A stretch of 64,000 bases of DNA. Origin: Nitrosarchaeum sp. (lineage in GTDB: Archaea > Thermoproteota > Nitrososphaeria > Nitrososphaerales > Nitrosopumilaceae). Location: contig OZ245020.1 in NCBI GenBank assembly GCA_965223865.1, positions 96,001-160,000 on the forward strand. The letters run 5' to 3'. The stretch's first letter is position 1, and each line of letters opens with the position of its first letter. Positions 10,587 through 21,545 of the stretch are shown piece after piece. The position numbers and the translations under genes were made by a program. The notes beneath the pieces were generated by a model that saw only the letters and a list, made by a program, of their open reading frames with translations, did no database searches and had not been told where the DNA came from.

Positions 10587-12667
10587 ACTCGGTTATAGTG
10601 ACCGGGTTTTGATTCATAAATAGATGCTTCGCGGAGCATTCTTCGAATATAGTTTCTTGCCTCTTCTTCAGTAAACTTTTCAGTCTTTTCAAGTTCTTTT
10701 ACAAACTCTCTTTCCTCAACAGGTACCTTGTTGTCTCCTTCAAGTGATTTTAAAACATCCATAAAGAGTTGCATCTTTGATACCTCACTTCTTGGCCTTC
10801 CCTGCAAGACACCCAGGTCTACCTTACCAGTATTGACATCAACGCCAGCATCTTCTAACATGCTCTGAATAAGGAAGATTGCACGTTCGGCATCTTCTTC
10901 TTCTACTTTGTCTTTCATGAGAAGTCTTGCCCTTGCAGTTGCAAGCCTAATAATACCACCTAACTGCCTAGGAGTAACTGTAATCATCTCCTCTGATTCA
11001 ACATTTCTCATCTTGAGATAATAATTAAGAATCGTCTCTTCTGCTTCTTTTGTTAGGTCTGGAGTTCCTCTTTTTGAATAAGCAAGATATTTTGTGAGCA
11101 AATCAACATCAATTACAGAACGTCTGTCTGTTCCTTGCGGAGTATGTAATTCTATGATGTGTCTTGCAATCATTTCATCTTTTTCTCTTCCTGGAATGTC
11201 TCTTACAACAAATATCAAGTCAAATCTTGTCAGTAATGGAATTGGAAGATTTACGTTTTCTGTAATATTTTTGAAAGGATCATACTTTCCATACATTGGG
11301 TTGGCAGCTGCAAGAATTGATGTTCTTGCATTTAGTGTAGCTACAATACCGCCCTTTGCAATACTTGCAGATTGTTGTTCCATGACTTCGTGTAATGCAC
11401 TTCTATCCTCTGGCTTCATTTTATCAAATTCATCTATGCATACTAGTCCCTGGTCTCCTAGTACAACGGCACCTGCTTCAAGCATCATGATTCCTGTTTT
11501 GTCACGTACTACTGCTGCTGTAAGTCCTGCTGCAGTTGAACCTCTACCAGAAGTATATAGGCCTCTTGGAGCAATTCTTGCACAAAACTTTAGCATCTCA
11601 CTTTTTGCAGTACCAGGATCTCCTACAAGAAATACGTTAATGTCTCCTCTAATCTTGCTGCCGTCACCTAATTGTCTCTGATTAGATCCCACAATCAAAA
11701 GTAGAATTGCTTCTTTGATTAAAGAATGGCCCTGAATATGGGGTGCAAAAGAATCAACTAATCTCTGGTAGACATCAGGGCTCTGGCCTAATGCCTTTAT
11801 CATTTTTTCATCTTCAGGGGAGATCTCTTCTCTTTCTATTTTTCTTGAGGATTTATCCCCACGTCCACCCAAAAATTCAATGTTATTTCCTTCTATTCTT
11901 AATCGATATAATCCACTATGTCCTCGAGTTACACCTGAAACTGATTCTTGTTCTACCCTTACTATTCCTGTTAAGATGATTCTATCGCCAGGTCTTGCGT
12001 TATCTACCAAGTCTTGTCTGATTGTCACATCAATATAATGAGGTAGCTGGCCTGGAGGAAGATCTTCTGGGAGCTCTTGTAATCTGAGGATCTGAAAATC
12101 AATAAACTTGCTTACCTCAGGTTTTAGCTCAAAATCTCTTTGTTTACAGTTTGGATTGTCACAAACAACTGGAACCTTTACATCCATTCCCTTTATCTGT
12201 ATGACCTTTGTTGTGTGTTCATCAGGACAGACAAAGATCAATTCTTTTGCAAGCGGTTTTACTTCTGAGGCCCTAACAACCATTCCTGAAACACTTGTAA
12301 TTCTTCCAATTGTTTCAGCATTGATTTGTCGAAGACTACGTTGTAATGGATAGTTTACTAGTCTTACTCTAACTTCATCTTTGATCTTTTCGGCATAATC
12401 AGGAAATCTGATCTGTAATGCTTCTTTGATTGCTCTAGAAAATGCGTTTAGTATTCTATCAGGATCCTCAGAAAATAAAATTTCAATTTCTGGCTCTACA
12501 ACCAAATCATTATAATCTACAAGGATGAATTTTGCATCCTTTGGCATCATTTCATCGATTGCTTCTACATACTTGTAGTTGCCATACTTGTCTTTGAACC
12601 TAGTCAGGAATTCTTTTACTTTATCAGATAGTGCAGATTCTGTGTAGGTACTTTGTACTCTACTCAT
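10583..12667 (-). CDS. mcm: MCM replicative helicase
   Basis: GDPGTAKS, IDEFDKM, LLTRFD; no intein-sized insert (694 aa). Confidence 0.97.
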   Translation of the reverse strand: MSRVQSTYTESALSDKVKEFLTRFKDKYGNYKYVEAIDEMMPKDAKFILVDYNDLVVEPEIEILFSEDPDRILNAFSRAIKEALQIRFPDYAEKIKDEVRVRLVNYPLQRSLRQINAETIGRITSVSGMVVRASEVKPLAKELIFVCPDEHTTKVIQIKGMDVKVPVVCDNPNCKQRDFELKPEVSKFIDFQILRLQELPEDLPPGQLPHYIDVTIRQDLVDNARPGDRIILTGIVRVEQESVSGVTRGHSGLYRLRIEGNNIEFLGGRGDKSSRKIEREEISPEDEKMIKALGQSPDVYQRLVDSFAPHIQGHSLIKEAILLLIVGSNQRQLGDGSKIRGDINVFLVGDPGTAKSEMLKFCARIAPRGLYTSGRGSTAAGLTAAVVRDKTGIMMLEAGAVVLGDQGLVCIDEFDKMKPEDRSALHEVMEQQSASIAKGGIVATLNARTSILAAANPMYGKYDPFKNITENVNLPIPLLTRFDLIFVVRDIPGREKDEMIARHIIELHTPQGTDRRSVIDVDLLTKYLAYSKRGTPDLTKEAEETILNYYLKMRNVESEEMITVTPRQLGGIIRLATARARLLMKDKVEEEDAERAIFLIQSMLEDAGVDVNTGKVDLGVLQGRPRSEVSKMQLFMDVLKSLEGDNKVPVEEREFVKELEKTEKFTEEEARNYIRRMLREASIYESKPGHYNRV

Positions 12668-13211
12668 TTATCCCACCTCGAATTTGTTTTTCAAATTCCT
12701 GACTGTTTTCATAAATTGATTTAAAAAATACTACTTCTTCTACTGTAAGTTTGTTGTATAGTTCAGAATTTAGCTTGATAGAGTCTGCAAGTTTTACAAG
12801 TTTTCCTCTTCTCATTCTAAATAGTTCTAGCATTATGCTTTCTACGTGATCAAAGTCATCACGTCCAAGTTCTTTCATTGATTGCTTTAACTTGATGTAA
12901 AAGTGTGGGTCCAGCGTAGATAGCTGGTATTCACCTACCATCTTTTCTTTTGACAATGCTTGTTTTAGTTCTGTAATCATGTCAGGTGACTCTAGTACTC
13001 CAAGATTATTATCAGCAATAGTCTTTCCAATCCATTGAGGCAAATTCAAGATCTCGCTTTGTGTGCCTTCAATTTTAATTCCAGCCACATCAAACTTGAC
13101 ATCTTGGCTTAGGGTTACTTTAGCATCCTTTAGCCCATATCCTATAGAATGCAGTTTTTCTACCTTGTCTATCTCCATCATAAGATCACTTTTTGTCACA
13201 AAGATACTCAT
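12660..13211 (-). CDS. GINS23-like subunit (start possibly a later ATG near 13181)
   Basis: Directly upstream of and overlapping mcm; LPQW, L.PHFY, R..KL motifs of B-A type GINS. Confidence 0.75.
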   Translation of the reverse strand: MSIFVTKSDLMMEIDKVEKLHSIGYGLKDAKVTLSQDVKFDVAGIKIEGTQSEILNLPQWIGKTIADNNLGVLESPDMITELKQALSKEKMVGEYQLSTLDPHFYIKLKQSMKELGRDDFDHVESIMLELFRMRRGKLVKLADSIKLNSELYNKLTVEEVVFFKSIYENSQEFEKQIRGGINE

Positions 13212-13348
13212 GTATCGGATCGATCAATTCTCTTCACTATTTTGTGAGATCAATTGATCCTAATTAATCACAGGCTGATCGCGTGCATAATTAAACGAAA
13301 TCAGATTTTAATTTACGGTATAACACAATAACCAATTCGGATTTATTA

Positions 13349-14323
13349 GTGGGTATAAAACTCAGAGTACTCATGTCAGCTACTGGTATGTGGGTAGAAA
13401 AGTACAGACCTCAAAAATTATCTGATGTAGTTAACCAGACTGAAATAATTGGAAGTTTAGAGGCATTAATCAAAGATCCAACTGATATGCCACACTTGTT
13501 GTTTTCTGGATCTGCGGGAGTAGGAAAAACCACCACAGCATTATGTATTGCAAGACAGATTCTTGGTGAATATGTAAGAGATTACACGTTGGAGCTAAAT
13601 GCTTCAGATGAAAGAGGAATAGGAATGGTTAGAGAAAAAGTAAAAAAGTTTTCCAGATATGCCGGAATGGTAGATGTTCCATTTAAGATAATAATTTTAG
13701 ATGAAGCAGATGAGATGACCTCTGATGCACAGACTGCGCTTCGAAGAATAATAGAAGATACTGCAAAATACTGCAGATTCATCCTGATTGCAAATAATAT
13801 CTCAAAGATTATCGACCCAATACAAAGTAGGTGTGCTACTTTCAAGTTTACCTCAATTCCTGAAGAGGACGTAATATCTCATCTAGAAAAAATTGCCAAA
13901 AAAGAAAAGACAAAGGCAGACAAGAAAGGTCTTAAGGCAATCTATGAATATTCTGAGGGAGATTTGAGACATGCCATTAACTTGATGCAAGCAACTGCAA
14001 GTCTTGGTGCAATCACTGAAGAACATGTAAAGGCCTCAGCAGGTCTTACAAAAACCACAGACGTTGATGTGGTTTTAAAACTTGCACTTGGAGGAAAAAT
14101 CCCTGATGCTAGGGAAAAAATGATAGAGCTTATCAAAGTTTATGGAATGTCTGAATCTGATTTTCTAAAATATCTAAACTCTGCAGTATTCAAGACAAAA
14201 CATCAAAAATTATCTGATATTTTACAGGTAATTGCAAAATATGATTATAGAATTCTAGTAGGGGCAAATCCGGAAATTCAGCTTTCTGCACTTTTAGCAG
14301 AACTAGGAAACATAGAAAACTAA
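13349..14323 (+). CDS. rfcS: Replication factor C small subunit (likely start ATG 13373)
   Basis: WVEKYRP, GVGKTT, ELNASDERG, DEAD, SRC. Confidence 0.95.
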   Translation: MGIKLRVLMSATGMWVEKYRPQKLSDVVNQTEIIGSLEALIKDPTDMPHLLFSGSAGVGKTTTALCIARQILGEYVRDYTLELNASDERGIGMVREKVKKFSRYAGMVDVPFKIIILDEADEMTSDAQTALRRIIEDTAKYCRFILIANNISKIIDPIQSRCATFKFTSIPEEDVISHLEKIAKKEKTKADKKGLKAIYEYSEGDLRHAINLMQATASLGAITEEHVKASAGLTKTTDVDVVLKLALGGKIPDAREKMIELIKVYGMSESDFLKYLNSAVFKTKHQKLSDILQVIAKYDYRILVGANPEIQLSALLAELGNIEN

Positions 14324-14525
14324 AAGCGCAAAATAATTTTAGGCCTAAACTTTTGTATAGAAGATTTCTGCTGGAATATTTGCAAATTAAAGATCATATT
14401 TATTAGAATATGGAAAATTTTCAATCAATCCAAATTCTAATTTTGTATCTCTGAGATATGGCCATAACTCTCCAACAAACTGCACCTGTAATTTTTTTCT
14501 TCATTAAGCAATGACGTTTAGATAG

Positions 14526-14954
14526 TTAGGAGCTTTTTTTCTCGTTGATGTCTTGGTGTAAGGTATCAATCATATTTTTTATCATATCTATCTCGCTTTT
14601 TTCGAGTTTTTCTAACTTTTCGATCTTTGATATCAACAATGATTTTGTCTCATCTGCGATTCCTGTTTTGTTCATCTTAGAACCAATTAAGGTAGCACCA
14701 ACAGTGGAAATGAATGCACCGATAATGCCAATGCCGACATACATCATACCAATTCCAATCATTCGTCCAGTTTCAGTAACGGGTACAATATCACCATACC
14801 CCACAGTTGTTGCAGTAGCTGAGGCCCACCAAAATGCATCAAGCCATGAATTTATCTGTGTATTTTCTGCTTCAGATTCTACTACATATATCGCACTTGC
14901 TCCTATAATAACAACAAAAGCAGATACTACTCCAATGTAGATCATCCCTTTCAT
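14526..14954 (-). CDS. 2-TM potassium channel (KcsA-like)
   Basis: TTVGYGD selectivity filter between two TM helices. Confidence 0.85.
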   Translation of the reverse strand: MKGMIYIGVVSAFVVIIGASAIYVVESEAENTQINSWLDAFWWASATATTVGYGDIVPVTETGRMIGIGMMYVGIGIIGAFISTVGATLIGSKMNKTGIADETKSLLISKIEKLEKLEKSEIDMIKNMIDTLHQDINEKKSS

Positions 14955-15143
14955 GAAGAGTCATTAAAATCAGAAATGGTAAGAGTTCTGATTCAAAATA
15001 ATTATCAAAAGCATGAAAAGTATTTGAAGTCACTTCACTGTTTTTGGTCTTGTTGTTTTAAATCATCCAAAAATAGTGTCATGAAAAAAATTGTTTGGAC
15101 AGGTATTTGTATTCAATATACAGATTGTCTTATCTCAAAAAAG

Positions 15144-15227
15144 CGCAGAGAGAGGGATTTGAACCCCCGTATGCTTGCGCACACAGGCTCTCAAGGCCCG
15201 CGCCCTACCGAGCTAGGCGACCTCTGC
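15144..15227 (-). tRNA. tRNA-Ser(TGA)
   Basis: GCAGAGG/TCTCTGC acceptor stem, G discriminator, anticodon loop CT-TGA-GA, long variable arm, GGTTCAAATCC. Confidence 0.93.
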
Positions 15228-15310
15228 GAAGAGAGTTGGAGAGAAGTGATTAAAATTTGTTGAGGAATAATTAATTCAAAATTAAAAAGAAGAAAAAAGA
15301 AAGAATTTCT

Positions 15311-15847
15311 TTAATCGTGTGCGTGTGGGTTTACTGAACCAGATTCCATCTTTACGAATGAGCCGTCGGCTTTCTCGTGGAATTCTTGGTAAGATGGTTC
15401 AATCAAGATTGCATGTGTTGGACATGCTTCTTGGCAAGCCATACATTGAGTACAATCATGTTCTCTGATTGGCATTGATTTGTCAGTGTAATCTAGACGT
15501 TCGTCTTGCTCGGTTAAACCAGTTCCATCAAAAGTTGCATCCAAGCATTCTACTGCCGGAATGTCTTTTTCGGTTCTGTACCATTGGAAGGTTTGAACAG
15601 GACATACACTCATGCAAGAACCTGCTGCAACACAAGAGTCCCAGTCAACTGCGACTGTGGTTCCGTGGATTCCAAGCGGAACTTGTTCTTCTCCACGTGC
15701 TTCATATGCTGCTTTGACATCATCATTTGAAAATGCCTCACCATCAGTTCTGCCTTTACCCCAGATAAAGTGTTTATTTTCACCATCACTGTGGCTTGTC
15801 TTTCCAACGACTTCTAGATTTTCAACAAATTTTTCATCTATTGGCAT
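15311..15847 (-). CDS. 7Fe-type (Zfx-like) ferredoxin
   Basis: CVAAGSCMSVCP and CTQCMACQEACP. Confidence 0.85.
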   Translation of the reverse strand: MPIDEKFVENLEVVGKTSHSDGENKHFIWGKGRTDGEAFSNDDVKAAYEARGEEQVPLGIHGTTVAVDWDSCVAAGSCMSVCPVQTFQWYRTEKDIPAVECLDATFDGTGLTEQDERLDYTDKSMPIREHDCTQCMACQEACPTHAILIEPSYQEFHEKADGSFVKMESGSVNPHAHD

Positions 15848-15996
15848 AACTTCAATATTTCAAAATATTATTTAAAGCTAGACAAAATTAGTGCGGACTA
15901 AATGCTTACAGATCAAATGAATTTAAAAAATTTTGATAGAAAATCAGGAAAAATGTAGAAAATAAATTATTTTTTGGTTAGATCGAATTTTTCTGT

Positions 15997-16533
<537 letters not shown>

Positions 16534-16643
16534 TTATTTAAAGCTAGGCAGTAATGATTAATAGAAATCAATCGATCTAGGTGGAATTACACCTGACAAA
16601 GCTTCCTTACGTTCATAACGTTGTATAATCAATTTCGAGTAAA

Positions 16644-17309
16644 ATGGACATTATCAAGTATGACGTGTATCGGGGACCAAACATTGGAATCTACATTAAT
16701 GTCAATGACAAGTATGTGATGATTCCTATGGGTTTTGCAGAATCAAAAGCTGAAAAGCTTGCAGAATATCTTCAAGTTAATTACATGTACATATCAATAG
16801 CAAATACTAGACTCTTGGGAGCTTTGAGTGTAATGAACAACAAGGGAATTTTGTTGCCAAAGACTGCATATGAAAATGAATATTCTCTGCTAAAAAAAGA
16901 GACAGACTTGGAAGTTGGAGTACTGGACTCAAAGTATACAGCACTTGGAAATGTCATATGTGCAAATGACAAGGGAGCAGTTGTCTCTCCTTGGTTATCA
17001 AAAGATGATGTTATGACTATTCAGGATACTTTGGGAGTCGAGGTCATACAAAAGAGGATTGCAGGTTTTAATCAGACAGGAGCTGTCTTAGTTGCAAACA
17101 ATTCTGGTGCTGCCATTCATCCTGAGGCAAACGAGGAAGATATGAAGGAGTTTGCAAATATTCTAGGCGTAAAAATAGAGCATTCTACAATAAACAACGG
17201 TATTCCTTATGTTACATCAGGAATTTTGGCAAACAACAAGTGCATTGTTGTAGGTACTCTAACTACGGGTCCTGAGATAATGATGTTAACTAGGGCGTTT
17301 CTAAATTAA
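16644..17309 (+). CDS. eif6: Translation initiation factor 6 (aIF6)
   Basis: PNIGIY, ALGNVICANDKGA, TINNG, GTLTTGPE. Confidence 0.93.
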   Translation: MDIIKYDVYRGPNIGIYINVNDKYVMIPMGFAESKAEKLAEYLQVNYMYISIANTRLLGALSVMNNKGILLPKTAYENEYSLLKKETDLEVGVLDSKYTALGNVICANDKGAVVSPWLSKDDVMTIQDTLGVEVIQKRIAGFNQTGAVLVANNSGAAIHPEANEEDMKEFANILGVKIEHSTINNGIPYVTSGILANNKCIVVGTLTTGPEIMMLTRAFLN

Positions 17310-18573
17310 GAACTGACCTTGGGTCATCAGTTATAGTTTCAATGTCGACTTTGGTTTCAGTTCCATCCTTCATGTTTCTTAGGACTATCTTGCCTTCTTC
17401 TAGCTCTTTTGGTCCAACAATAATACAGTATTTAGAATCAGATGCATTGTCCATCTGTTTTTTTAGATTCCTTCCAGTAAGGTCAATGTCAGTTGGTATG
17501 TTGCTTAGTCGAAGCAATGATGCAATAGACATTGCGACCTTTTGCATCTCATCATTGATGTACAAAACTGAGATGCGGTTGTGAGTTGGCTCTGGAATTA
17601 TTTTCTGCTCTTGCATGGTAAGTATGATTCTCTCAACACCTCCTGCAACTCCAGTTGCACCAATGTCTTCTCTTCCAAACGCTTTTGTTAGTGTGTCATA
17701 TCTTCCTCCACCTGCCAGAGCTCCTAATGTAGAGTCTTTGTCAAAGACTTCAAAGACTGTTCCAGAGTAATAGTCCAGTCCCCTAACAATTCCAAAATTA
17801 ATTCTGACATTTGACACTCCTCTATTTTCAAGTGAATCGATCAGAGACTTTAGGTCATACCAAGACTCTAGTTGTGTAGTGTCAAAGCTTTGTTCTACTT
17901 GTTGTATGGTTCCTTTGATTTGTGAAAACTCTAATATTTTTTCTAACTTTTCTGAATCATATCCCTTTATCTGGAATTCCTTTAGGATTTCATCTTTTGA
18001 TTTTTTTTGTATTTTATCTACTGCTCGCAGAATATCAGCTACTAATTCTGGATCCTTTGAATCAAATATTTTGTTGATGTAGGATTCTACTAGATTTCTG
18101 TGATTGATATCAATTGTAATATTTTTGAGCAATAGAGAATCAAAAAGTCTAGATGTCAACTCTATAATTTCTGCCTCAGACTCTAGTGAGGCCTTGCCGT
18201 AAATTTCGATATCCCACTGGTGAAAGTATCGATATCGTCCCTTTTGGGGCTCGTCATATCTAAACACACCTCCAAAGGCTGAGATTTTGGCAGGTAGTTT
18301 CATTGATTTTTGAGATGCTGCATACCGTGTCAGGCCCATCGTAAAGTCAAATCGAAGTGCGACCTCTCTGTCACCCTTGTCTTTGAAATAGTATATCTCA
18401 TCTCTAATTGAGGGACCTGACTTTGTCTCTAATACTGAGAGAAGCTCAATTGGGGATGGATCCATAAATGAAAACCCATACAAACTTGAGAGCTGCTTGA
18501 AGTGATATCGTATGTGCTCGATGTTTGCATTTTCATTTTCTTCAAAGTCTTTCATTCCTCGTGGCAGTTCCAT
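17290..18573 (-). CDS. hisS: Histidyl-tRNA synthetase
   Basis: PRGMKD, LRFDFT, RYDEPQKGRYR, RGLDYY, GGGRYD. Confidence 0.97.
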   Translation of the reverse strand: MELPRGMKDFEENENANIEHIRYHFKQLSSLYGFSFMDPSPIELLSVLETKSGPSIRDEIYYFKDKGDREVALRFDFTMGLTRYAASQKSMKLPAKISAFGGVFRYDEPQKGRYRYFHQWDIEIYGKASLESEAEIIELTSRLFDSLLLKNITIDINHRNLVESYINKIFDSKDPELVADILRAVDKIQKKSKDEILKEFQIKGYDSEKLEKILEFSQIKGTIQQVEQSFDTTQLESWYDLKSLIDSLENRGVSNVRINFGIVRGLDYYSGTVFEVFDKDSTLGALAGGGRYDTLTKAFGREDIGATGVAGGVERIILTMQEQKIIPEPTHNRISVLYINDEMQKVAMSIASLLRLSNIPTDIDLTGRNLKKQMDNASDSKYCIIVGPKELEEGKIVLRNMKDGTETKVDIETITDDPRSVLNLETP

Positions 18574-18743
18574 TTTATTGGTTGATTAGGATCTGATGAT
18601 TTAAGCATTGGTAAAATATGCAAACTATGCAGAACTAGTCAGTTTTTTGTAAAGTTGGGAACCAGTATAAAAGAACTATTTTTTCATCAATAACTCCCCC
18701 AATCAAAATAGTTCTCTTAAACAAGATTGGTGTACATGATATT

Positions 18744-19430
18744 ATGGCATTACAAATAAAATCAAAAAAAGGTGGACCATACCCAAAACATGAGCAAGAA
18801 AAACGCAGAAAACAAGTATATGAACTTCATTTTGAGAAGGGATTTTCTGCAGTAAGTATTGCAAACAAGATTGCTGTGAATAGAAATACAGTAAATGAAG
18901 ACATAAGACATTGGCAGACTCAGATAGCATCGCAGTTTGAGGATCTAGACTTGACAGGAATAATAGTAAAGCAGATCGAAAGACTAGAATCTCAAAAAAA
19001 GCGATTACATGAACAACTAGAGGCTGAGTCAAAATCTGAGGTAAAACTTAGAATTGAAAAAATGATCTTTGAGATAGACTATAAAATTACAGAATTTATG
19101 TCAAAGATTGTAGATAAGATTCCAGTTAGAAATCCAGTGCAAGTAACGCCAGCTGAGGATGCAGAAGAAATTCTAAGAGAGATTGTCTTAGCTGGGCGCC
19201 TGGATAATCCAGAGAATACATCTGAGGAATCTCTTCTACAAGAGATGGTAACCACAGCTAAATTGGGTGTAATGGGGGCTGAAGAAATATTGTATGAACT
19301 ACAAGATATGGGAATGGAAATGTTTCCAAGTAAGGAAGGCTACAACCTAGTGTCTTTTATGACTGCAAGAGAAATAATTACACCAAAGGAAAGAATTGGA
19401 ATTAAGCAGGAAAAAGATCAGAAAAAATGA
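18744..19430 (+). CDS. Hypothetical protein with N-terminal HTH and coiled coil
   Basis: GFSAVSIANKIAVNRNTVNEDI HTH-like segment. Confidence 0.65.
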   Translation: MALQIKSKKGGPYPKHEQEKRRKQVYELHFEKGFSAVSIANKIAVNRNTVNEDIRHWQTQIASQFEDLDLTGIIVKQIERLESQKKRLHEQLEAESKSEVKLRIEKMIFEIDYKITEFMSKIVDKIPVRNPVQVTPAEDAEEILREIVLAGRLDNPENTSEESLLQEMVTTAKLGVMGAEEILYELQDMGMEMFPSKEGYNLVSFMTAREIITPKERIGIKQEKDQKK

Positions 19431-19566
19431 AACTTGGTGATCCTGTAAAGGATCATTCTTTATTTTTATGCAAATAAAAAAATCAAATTCTGATTTTATC
19501 AGATCATAATCTAATGAAACCAGTAATTAGAAAATCGTTAAATGAAAAATCATTGTACCAAAGAAT

Positions 19567-20529
19567 ATGCAAAAATATGTTTTTCTTGGTTCTTCAATAC
19601 TTTTTATACTAAGTTTGGCTTTTGGTTCATCTGTACTTTTTACTGCATACAGTCAAGAGTCATCTATTCCATCGTGGATTAGAACAACTGCAGGTTGGTG
19701 GTCTACATCACAAATATCTGATAAAGAGTTTACAAAAGGTCTTGAATATCTAATTCAAAATGACATAGTAAAAGTTCCTAAAATTTCAACAAGTAATTCT
19801 GACAAATCTGATCATATCCCATCATGGTTGCAAAAGAACGCAGGGTGGTGGAGTCAAGGATTGTTATCTGATGATGAATTTGTAAAAGGAATACAGTATT
19901 TGGTAAACAATGGAATAATTAGAGTGACATTAGATACTGAATCTTTGTGTTCGGGTAGTGCGCTTTGTGTCATATCCAAGGTTGACAGGATTGTAGATGG
20001 TGACACAATATACATAGAGGGATACAAGGTAAGACTCTCTTTGACTAATACTCCTGAAAAAAATGAACCAGGATTCTCAGAAGCAACAGAATTTACAAAG
20101 AGATTGTGTCCGGTGGGTTCTGTTGTAACTGTTGATCAAGACGATAAGCAGCCATATGACGTCTATAACAGATTACTTGGAAAAGTGTACTGTGATGGTA
20201 AGATGCTTAATTCAGAATTATTGTTGAATGGTCATGCTAATATTTTGACTCAATATTGCAGCACCAGTGAGTTTTCTAGTGAACCATGGGCTCAAAATTT
20301 TGGATGTGAATCTAGTTCAAATGTTTCTGTACAGCCTAGTGAATCTGTAAAATCTAGTGAAAGAACAAATTCAACTAGTGATTGTGATCCTTCATATCCA
20401 GACTTTTGTATTCCTCCACCACCTCCAGATTTAGACTGTAAAGATATTCCACAGAAACGATTTACAGTATTGCAGCCTGACCCACACAGATTTGATGGAG
20501 ATAAAGATGGGATTGGTTGTGAATCATAA
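19567..20529 (+). CDS. Secreted thermonuclease (SNase-like) with two 'IPSW...AGWW' modules and a C-terminal Excalibur-like Ca-binding domain
   Basis: Signal peptide; VDGDTI, D.YNRLL; DLDCKDI...DPHRFDGDKDGIGCE. Confidence 0.85.
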   Translation: MQKYVFLGSSILFILSLAFGSSVLFTAYSQESSIPSWIRTTAGWWSTSQISDKEFTKGLEYLIQNDIVKVPKISTSNSDKSDHIPSWLQKNAGWWSQGLLSDDEFVKGIQYLVNNGIIRVTLDTESLCSGSALCVISKVDRIVDGDTIYIEGYKVRLSLTNTPEKNEPGFSEATEFTKRLCPVGSVVTVDQDDKQPYDVYNRLLGKVYCDGKMLNSELLLNGHANILTQYCSTSEFSSEPWAQNFGCESSSNVSVQPSESVKSSERTNSTSDCDPSYPDFCIPPPPPDLDCKDIPQKRFTVLQPDPHRFDGDKDGIGCES

Positions 20530-20715
20530 TTTTTAATCCATTTGTCTGAGGATTCTTCATAACCTGGAATTTCTTGAGGGTACACTCAATTGATCTATTG
20601 TTATGTTCATACATTTGGTGTCCATGTGTCATGCCACACATAAAAACAGCAATAATAAGCACTAGAAGATATTTTTTCATTATTGGAGTTATTCATCTTC
20701 TTTATTCCCTTTTTG

Positions 20716-21489
20716 TCAAATTGATTTTTGATGCTTGTATAATGCATAAATAATAACCAAATTCGAACCTATCCACAAGGAGGAAGCATTACTGATCCAG
20801 CTTCCATCTAAAATTTCTACATAATAGTAGGTAATATCACCAATAGTTCCTACAAATATCCCAACAAGAAGTAGCAACCATGTACTAAACAAAACAGTTT
20901 GTCTAAACAAGGAAAGCCCTACAAAAACAAGGCCCAGTTGCAGAGTTGCAAAAGTAACAAATACCAATGAATAGTAAAAATATGATAAATCATCAATTGG
21001 ATTGTTAAACACCAACAATGTATATCCCAAGGTGAGTATTCCCGGAACTAGTCCAATTGTAATTTTTTGGAAACTTGATATTTTTTCTGCAAAATATCTA
21101 ATGTTAATTATTAAATGTGCTAACAGTAGAGGATAGAACAAAAATAAGAAATAATCTGCAATCACTGGAACTTCTTGATCTAAAATATCCAAAAAATAAA
21201 CATAAAGTAATTCGGCCACAAAGGTTGCAAAATATGCTAAACCAAATACAAAGTAAGCACGTCCAAATACTTTAGAACCTCCATAAAGTCTTGAAATTCC
21301 AAATGAATAGATAGAGATGCATAAAGGAAGCAAGGTTATCAGATAGTGAGGAATCAAATTTGATTCAAAAAATTCTGGTTGTAATTCTAATCCAAATTGT
21401 AAAGCTGTTACTCCAATCAATATTAGAAAGAAAGGTCTGTAAGAATTTTTTATCTCATAAAAAACAGAACCGATTGATATTGATGCCAT
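20716..21489 (-). CDS. Polytopic membrane protein (sensor-like, ~7-8 TM)
   Basis: Hydrophobic helices; IADYFLFLFYPL and IGDI.Y resemble membrane sensor input domains. Confidence 0.65.
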   Translation of the reverse strand: MASISIGSVFYEIKNSYRPFFLILIGVTALQFGLELQPEFFESNLIPHYLITLLPLCISIYSFGISRLYGGSKVFGRAYFVFGLAYFATFVAELLYVYFLDILDQEVPVIADYFLFLFYPLLLAHLIINIRYFAEKISSFQKITIGLVPGILTLGYTLLVFNNPIDDLSYFYYSLVFVTFATLQLGLVFVGLSLFRQTVLFSTWLLLLVGIFVGTIGDITYYYVEILDGSWISNASSLWIGSNLVIIYALYKHQKSI

Positions 21490-21513
21490 TTTAATAGGTT
21501 CATCATGTGATAT

Positions 21514-21538
21514 TATTTATCAATTATGATAATTAATA
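21514..21538. promoter_or_regulatory. Palindromic operator TTATCA-N4-TGATAA (copy 1)
   Basis: tatttatcaattatgataattaata, nearly identical to 22066-22090; both lie ~25 bp upstream of minus-strand starts. Confidence 0.6.
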
Positions 21539-21545
21539 AAAAAGA

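Noticed and set aside
10583-14323. Inteins in MCM or RFC
   Set aside because: Both proteins are of normal length with contiguous motifs.
2798-15227. tRNA-anchored integrated elements
   Set aside because: No duplicated tRNA 3' ends, GGGG TIR at the expected offset, or integrase seen next to the three tRNAs.
14976-15263. 95-aa ORF
   Set aside because: Runs antisense through tRNA-Ser; spurious.
20462-20680. 72-aa minus-strand ORF with a hydrophobic N-terminus
   Set aside because: Overlaps the nuclease 3' end and has no recognisable domain; at most a remnant.
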